From a phage, in sequence record PX596819.2: a stretch of DNA of 40,621 nt, one strand, 5' to 3'. Position 1 is the first letter of the stretch. Each line of letters opens with the position of its first letter. Positions 38,724 to 40,621 of the stretch are shown one piece after another. The notes beneath the pieces are model-generated. The model had not been told where the DNA came from. It did not search any database and was given only the letters and a program-made list of their open reading frames with translations. The position numbers and the translations under genes were made by a program.

Positions 38724-38824
38724 AAACCCCAGAACAGTTGAGTAAGGACAGGAAGTTTGCCGACTAGAGTAAACATTCCCCACGCTACGAAGCCTGAGAT
38801 AGTCCAGATGATTGCAGTGTTCAT
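38720..38824 (-). CDS. Mini-ORF encoding a 34-aa hydrophobic peptide (MNTAIIWTISGFVAWGMFTLVGKLPVLTQLFWGL)
   Basis: GGAG 7 nt upstream of the ATG; stop overlaps the next start; single TM-like segment. Below the ORF-track size cut-off. Confidence 0.35.
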   Translation of the reverse strand: MNTAIIWTISGFVAWGMFTLVGKLPVLTQLFWGL

Positions 38825-38899
38825 AGTTAACTCCTATCAATGCAAGTGGTAATCTTTGAGGCCACCTGTCAGTTAGATGACCTCTCGTCTATCACTCTC

Positions 38900-39271
38900 C
38901 TACACTTCTACCGCGACGGTTGTCATCTTGGTTACAGTAAGTCCACCAGCCAGCTCAACTGCATAGCGTATCGCCTCGTCTTTGGACCTGAAATCTTTAC
39001 CAGCAAGGTGGTAAATGTCGCCGTTTATTACTTTGGCTGGCTTGCGGCTAACTGCTATAGCGTTGCTAAGGGAAAGCTCACCCTTCGACCACTGAGAGTG
39101 CCAGCGGCATACGCTCTTAGGAGATACGTTGAAGTCACTGGCCACCTTCGCAAGCATAGAGTCAAGTCTAGAAGAGCTACATTGAGGCTGGCGCACCAAG
39201 TCGTATGCCTTTGCTACTCGTATTTTAAAATCTACCGTGTAGCTGTTGCGGCTTTTAGTAGTTGTGTTCAT
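38900..39271 (-). CDS. Early helix-turn-helix DNA-binding protein (IS3-type transposase HTH-like N-terminus)
   Basis: YTVDFKIRVAKAYDL...LAKVASDFNVSPKSVCRWHSQW matches the pattern I associate with HTH_Tnp_1-type domains; no transposase catalytic ORF follows. Confidence 0.45.
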   Translation of the reverse strand: MNTTTKSRNSYTVDFKIRVAKAYDLVRQPQCSSSRLDSMLAKVASDFNVSPKSVCRWHSQWSKGELSLSNAIAVSRKPAKVINGDIYHLAGKDFRSKDEAIRYAVELAGGLTVTKMTTVAVEV

Positions 39272-39344
39272 GAGTGTATCCTTTGTTAATTAATTAAATA
39301 AGTGACAATCAGTCAGGCCACCAGCATTGATGACCTGTAGTCTA

Positions 39345-39494
39345 TCACTTAGCGTGCAAACTGTCGTGTATGCGCTTGCGGCCATCATAGACCGCTTTCA
39401 GGTGACGCATAGCGGCATCATGGTTTAATTGCCCGTTCTTGACCATAATCCGGGCGTTGGTTACGTGGTGTTGACAGAGACCATAAGTTACCAT
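39345..39494 (-). CDS. Possible small basic ORF (about 49 aa) coupled to the end of the kinase-like gene
   Basis: ATG lies 2 codons before the upstream stop with GAGGTGAGG upstream; fills an otherwise empty 216 nt gap. Weak. Confidence 0.25.
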   Translation of the reverse strand: MVTYGLCQHHVTNARIMVKNGQLNHDAAMRHLKAVYDGRKRIHDSLHAK

Positions 39495-40012
39495 CTTGAT
39501 GACCTCACCTCTTGCAGCTTGGAAACAAGGAAGAAGCAGTCCACCAGTATCAGCTTACCATTAATAGCCCGTACATTTCGTGGGCTTATCTCAAATTGAA
39601 TGTCTGACCCGAAGTTAGCGCAAGCATCCAGCGCCATCAGCACATCCATCAGACCTTCCCGCACAGTCTCAGTATCAGACCTGTCGTGTGCAGCTTGGAA
39701 TATCTCGTACCACCTGTGATACAGTTCAGCAGGTCTAGAGAATACAGGAGACCGTGAGAAGCAATCCCGCAGCACCTGATAGAGTTGCCACTGGTCATCA
39801 TCTAAATGCGCTTTGAGACCTCGTGTTGGTGGTATGTAGTCCATCTCATACGTGCCTACCTCAATCATCTTGACTTCAGGGAACAGTGGAGACTCAGGGA
39901 ACCATCCCCACGCCATACACTCCTTTATCGGGTCAGAAGAGACCAGAAGAACACGCTTCCCGCAATCCTTCAGGTAGCACTTAGTGAACGCGCCTTTGCC
40001 TATCAGTTTCAT
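39488..40012 (-). CDS. First early gene: gp0.7-like protein kinase domain protein (174 aa), lacking a shutoff-domain extension
   Basis: Gly-rich loop KLIGKGAFTKCY, then FGSDIQFEISPRNVRAINGKLILVDCFF, resembling the T7 gp0.7 kinase-domain segments LGNGHFSAAY and [25 protein letters not shown] as I recall them; AGGA 8 nt upstream of the ATG. Confidence 0.4.
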   Translation of the reverse strand: MKLIGKGAFTKCYLKDCGKRVLLVSSDPIKECMAWGWFPESPLFPEVKMIEVGTYEMDYIPPTRGLKAHLDDDQWQLYQVLRDCFSRSPVFSRPAELYHRWYEIFQAAHDRSDTETVREGLMDVLMALDACANFGSDIQFEISPRNVRAINGKLILVDCFFLVSKLQEVRSSRW

Positions 40013-40209
40013 GTTGTTTATCCTATAGTTAGTGACTATCAGTCAGGGCCTTCAGATGTAGACTCAAAGACCCTGTAGTTAATCACTATCGCTAGCAAGC
40101 TAGCTATCGGCGCACATTAAGAGTTTATCCAGATTGTTAAAGAGCACTCCCTTCAGTCAGAGGACTTCAGGTAGACCATTTCAGTGTTGGTCATCACCAT
40201 TGTTTCGAT

Positions 40210-40246
40210 GTGGTGCATACTACTTTAAGTCGGTACATCTTGTCAA
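40210..40246 (-). promoter_or_regulatory. Candidate host sigma70 early promoter (TTGACA-18 nt-TAGTAT)
   Basis: Minus strand TTGACAAGATGTACCGACTTAAAGTAGTAT about 200 nt upstream of the first early gene; perfect -35, good -10. Confidence 0.4.
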
Positions 40247-40497
40247 CTGCTTTCTGTCATCTGCCTGTTGTTCGTATGACTTATCAGGCTGTCTACTTAA
40301 CCGTGATGACCCGGCGTCTTCACTATCCGGTTGTTGCCGTGTCGTGTTGACGGAAGCTATTAGGCCATAGTCTAGACCTATAGTCAATAGGTAATTTGAA
40401 TTAATATCAATTAAGCTATCGTCGGCCCCATAGTGACTAAGAGGATATAGTCTTTGACTAAGATGTCTTCGACCTTAAGTCTATAGCTTTGTGTTTA

Positions 40498-40592
40498 TTA
40501 ACTGTAGGTCCTTGACTGTAGGCTGTGAGTGTCTTATGGTTGTGACTGTAGGTTAGTGAGACTGTAGGTTAGTGAGACTGTAGGTGTAGGAC
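40498..40592. repeat. Short direct repeats near the genome left end, including gactgtaggttagtga present about 2.5 times in tandem
   Basis: gactgtagg occurs five or more times in about 95 nt; analogous to the CCTAAAG-type repeats at the T7 left end. Confidence 0.5.
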
Positions 40593-40621
40593 GTAATGTT
40601 ATACTATATCACTATACAGAT

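Noticed and set aside
38520-38840. 106-aa ORF as given in the track
   Set aside because: It starts at a TTG and reads through the 3' part of a separate RBS-preceded 34-aa ORF in another frame. An internal ATG (MTMSL..) overlapping that ORF's stop gives a more plausible 67-aa gene.
39488-40012. Ocr-like anti-restriction gene (T7 gene 0.3) as the first gene
   Set aside because: The first ORF is not acidic or DNA-mimic-like and resembles a kinase domain; no Ocr-like ORF was found anywhere in the early region.

Overview
The window is essentially one unit-length genome (~40.6 kb) of a strictly lytic T7-like podophage (Autographiviridae, T7 supergroup), given as the reverse complement of the conventional map. 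Every gene I support is on the minus strand: early genes at ~38.1-40.0 kb, single-subunit RNA polymerase at 35.3-38.0 kb, then ligase, SSB, endonuclease I, lysozyme, primase-helicase, DNA polymerase, exonuclease, portal, scaffold, capsid, tail, internal virion proteins, tail spike, holin, small and large terminase, with a single terminal-repeat-like copy at 1-180. Eleven phage-RNAP promoters share the core AACTATCACTATAGG(G)AGA (minus strand); this matches T7 from -8 to +6 but differs at -12 to -9, implying its own promoter specificity. The most notable features are: a ~600 nt insertion carrying an HNH endonuclease ORF that splits the DNA polymerase gene exactly at the conserved WVH|DE motif (group I intron-like); four further free-standing HNH endonucleases; an early region with no Ocr-like gene, holding instead a gp0.7-like kinase-domain protein, an HTH protein, coupled mini-membrane ORFs and unknown proteins; a phage-type promoter directly upstream of the RNAP gene; a DUF3850/ASCH-like insert between tail tubular genes; a tail spike with a beta-helix enzyme-like C-terminus; and a conserved -1 frameshift site for capsid 10B. 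I found no CRISPR array, tRNA, integrase or recognisable defence system. The candidates for undescribed function are the early-region ORFs and the small inserted ORFs, all of which remain predictions. Coordinates I derived by hand (promoters, hairpins, intron ends, small ORFs) may be off by 1-3 nt; product calls rest on recognised motifs, size and T7 gene order, not on database searches.
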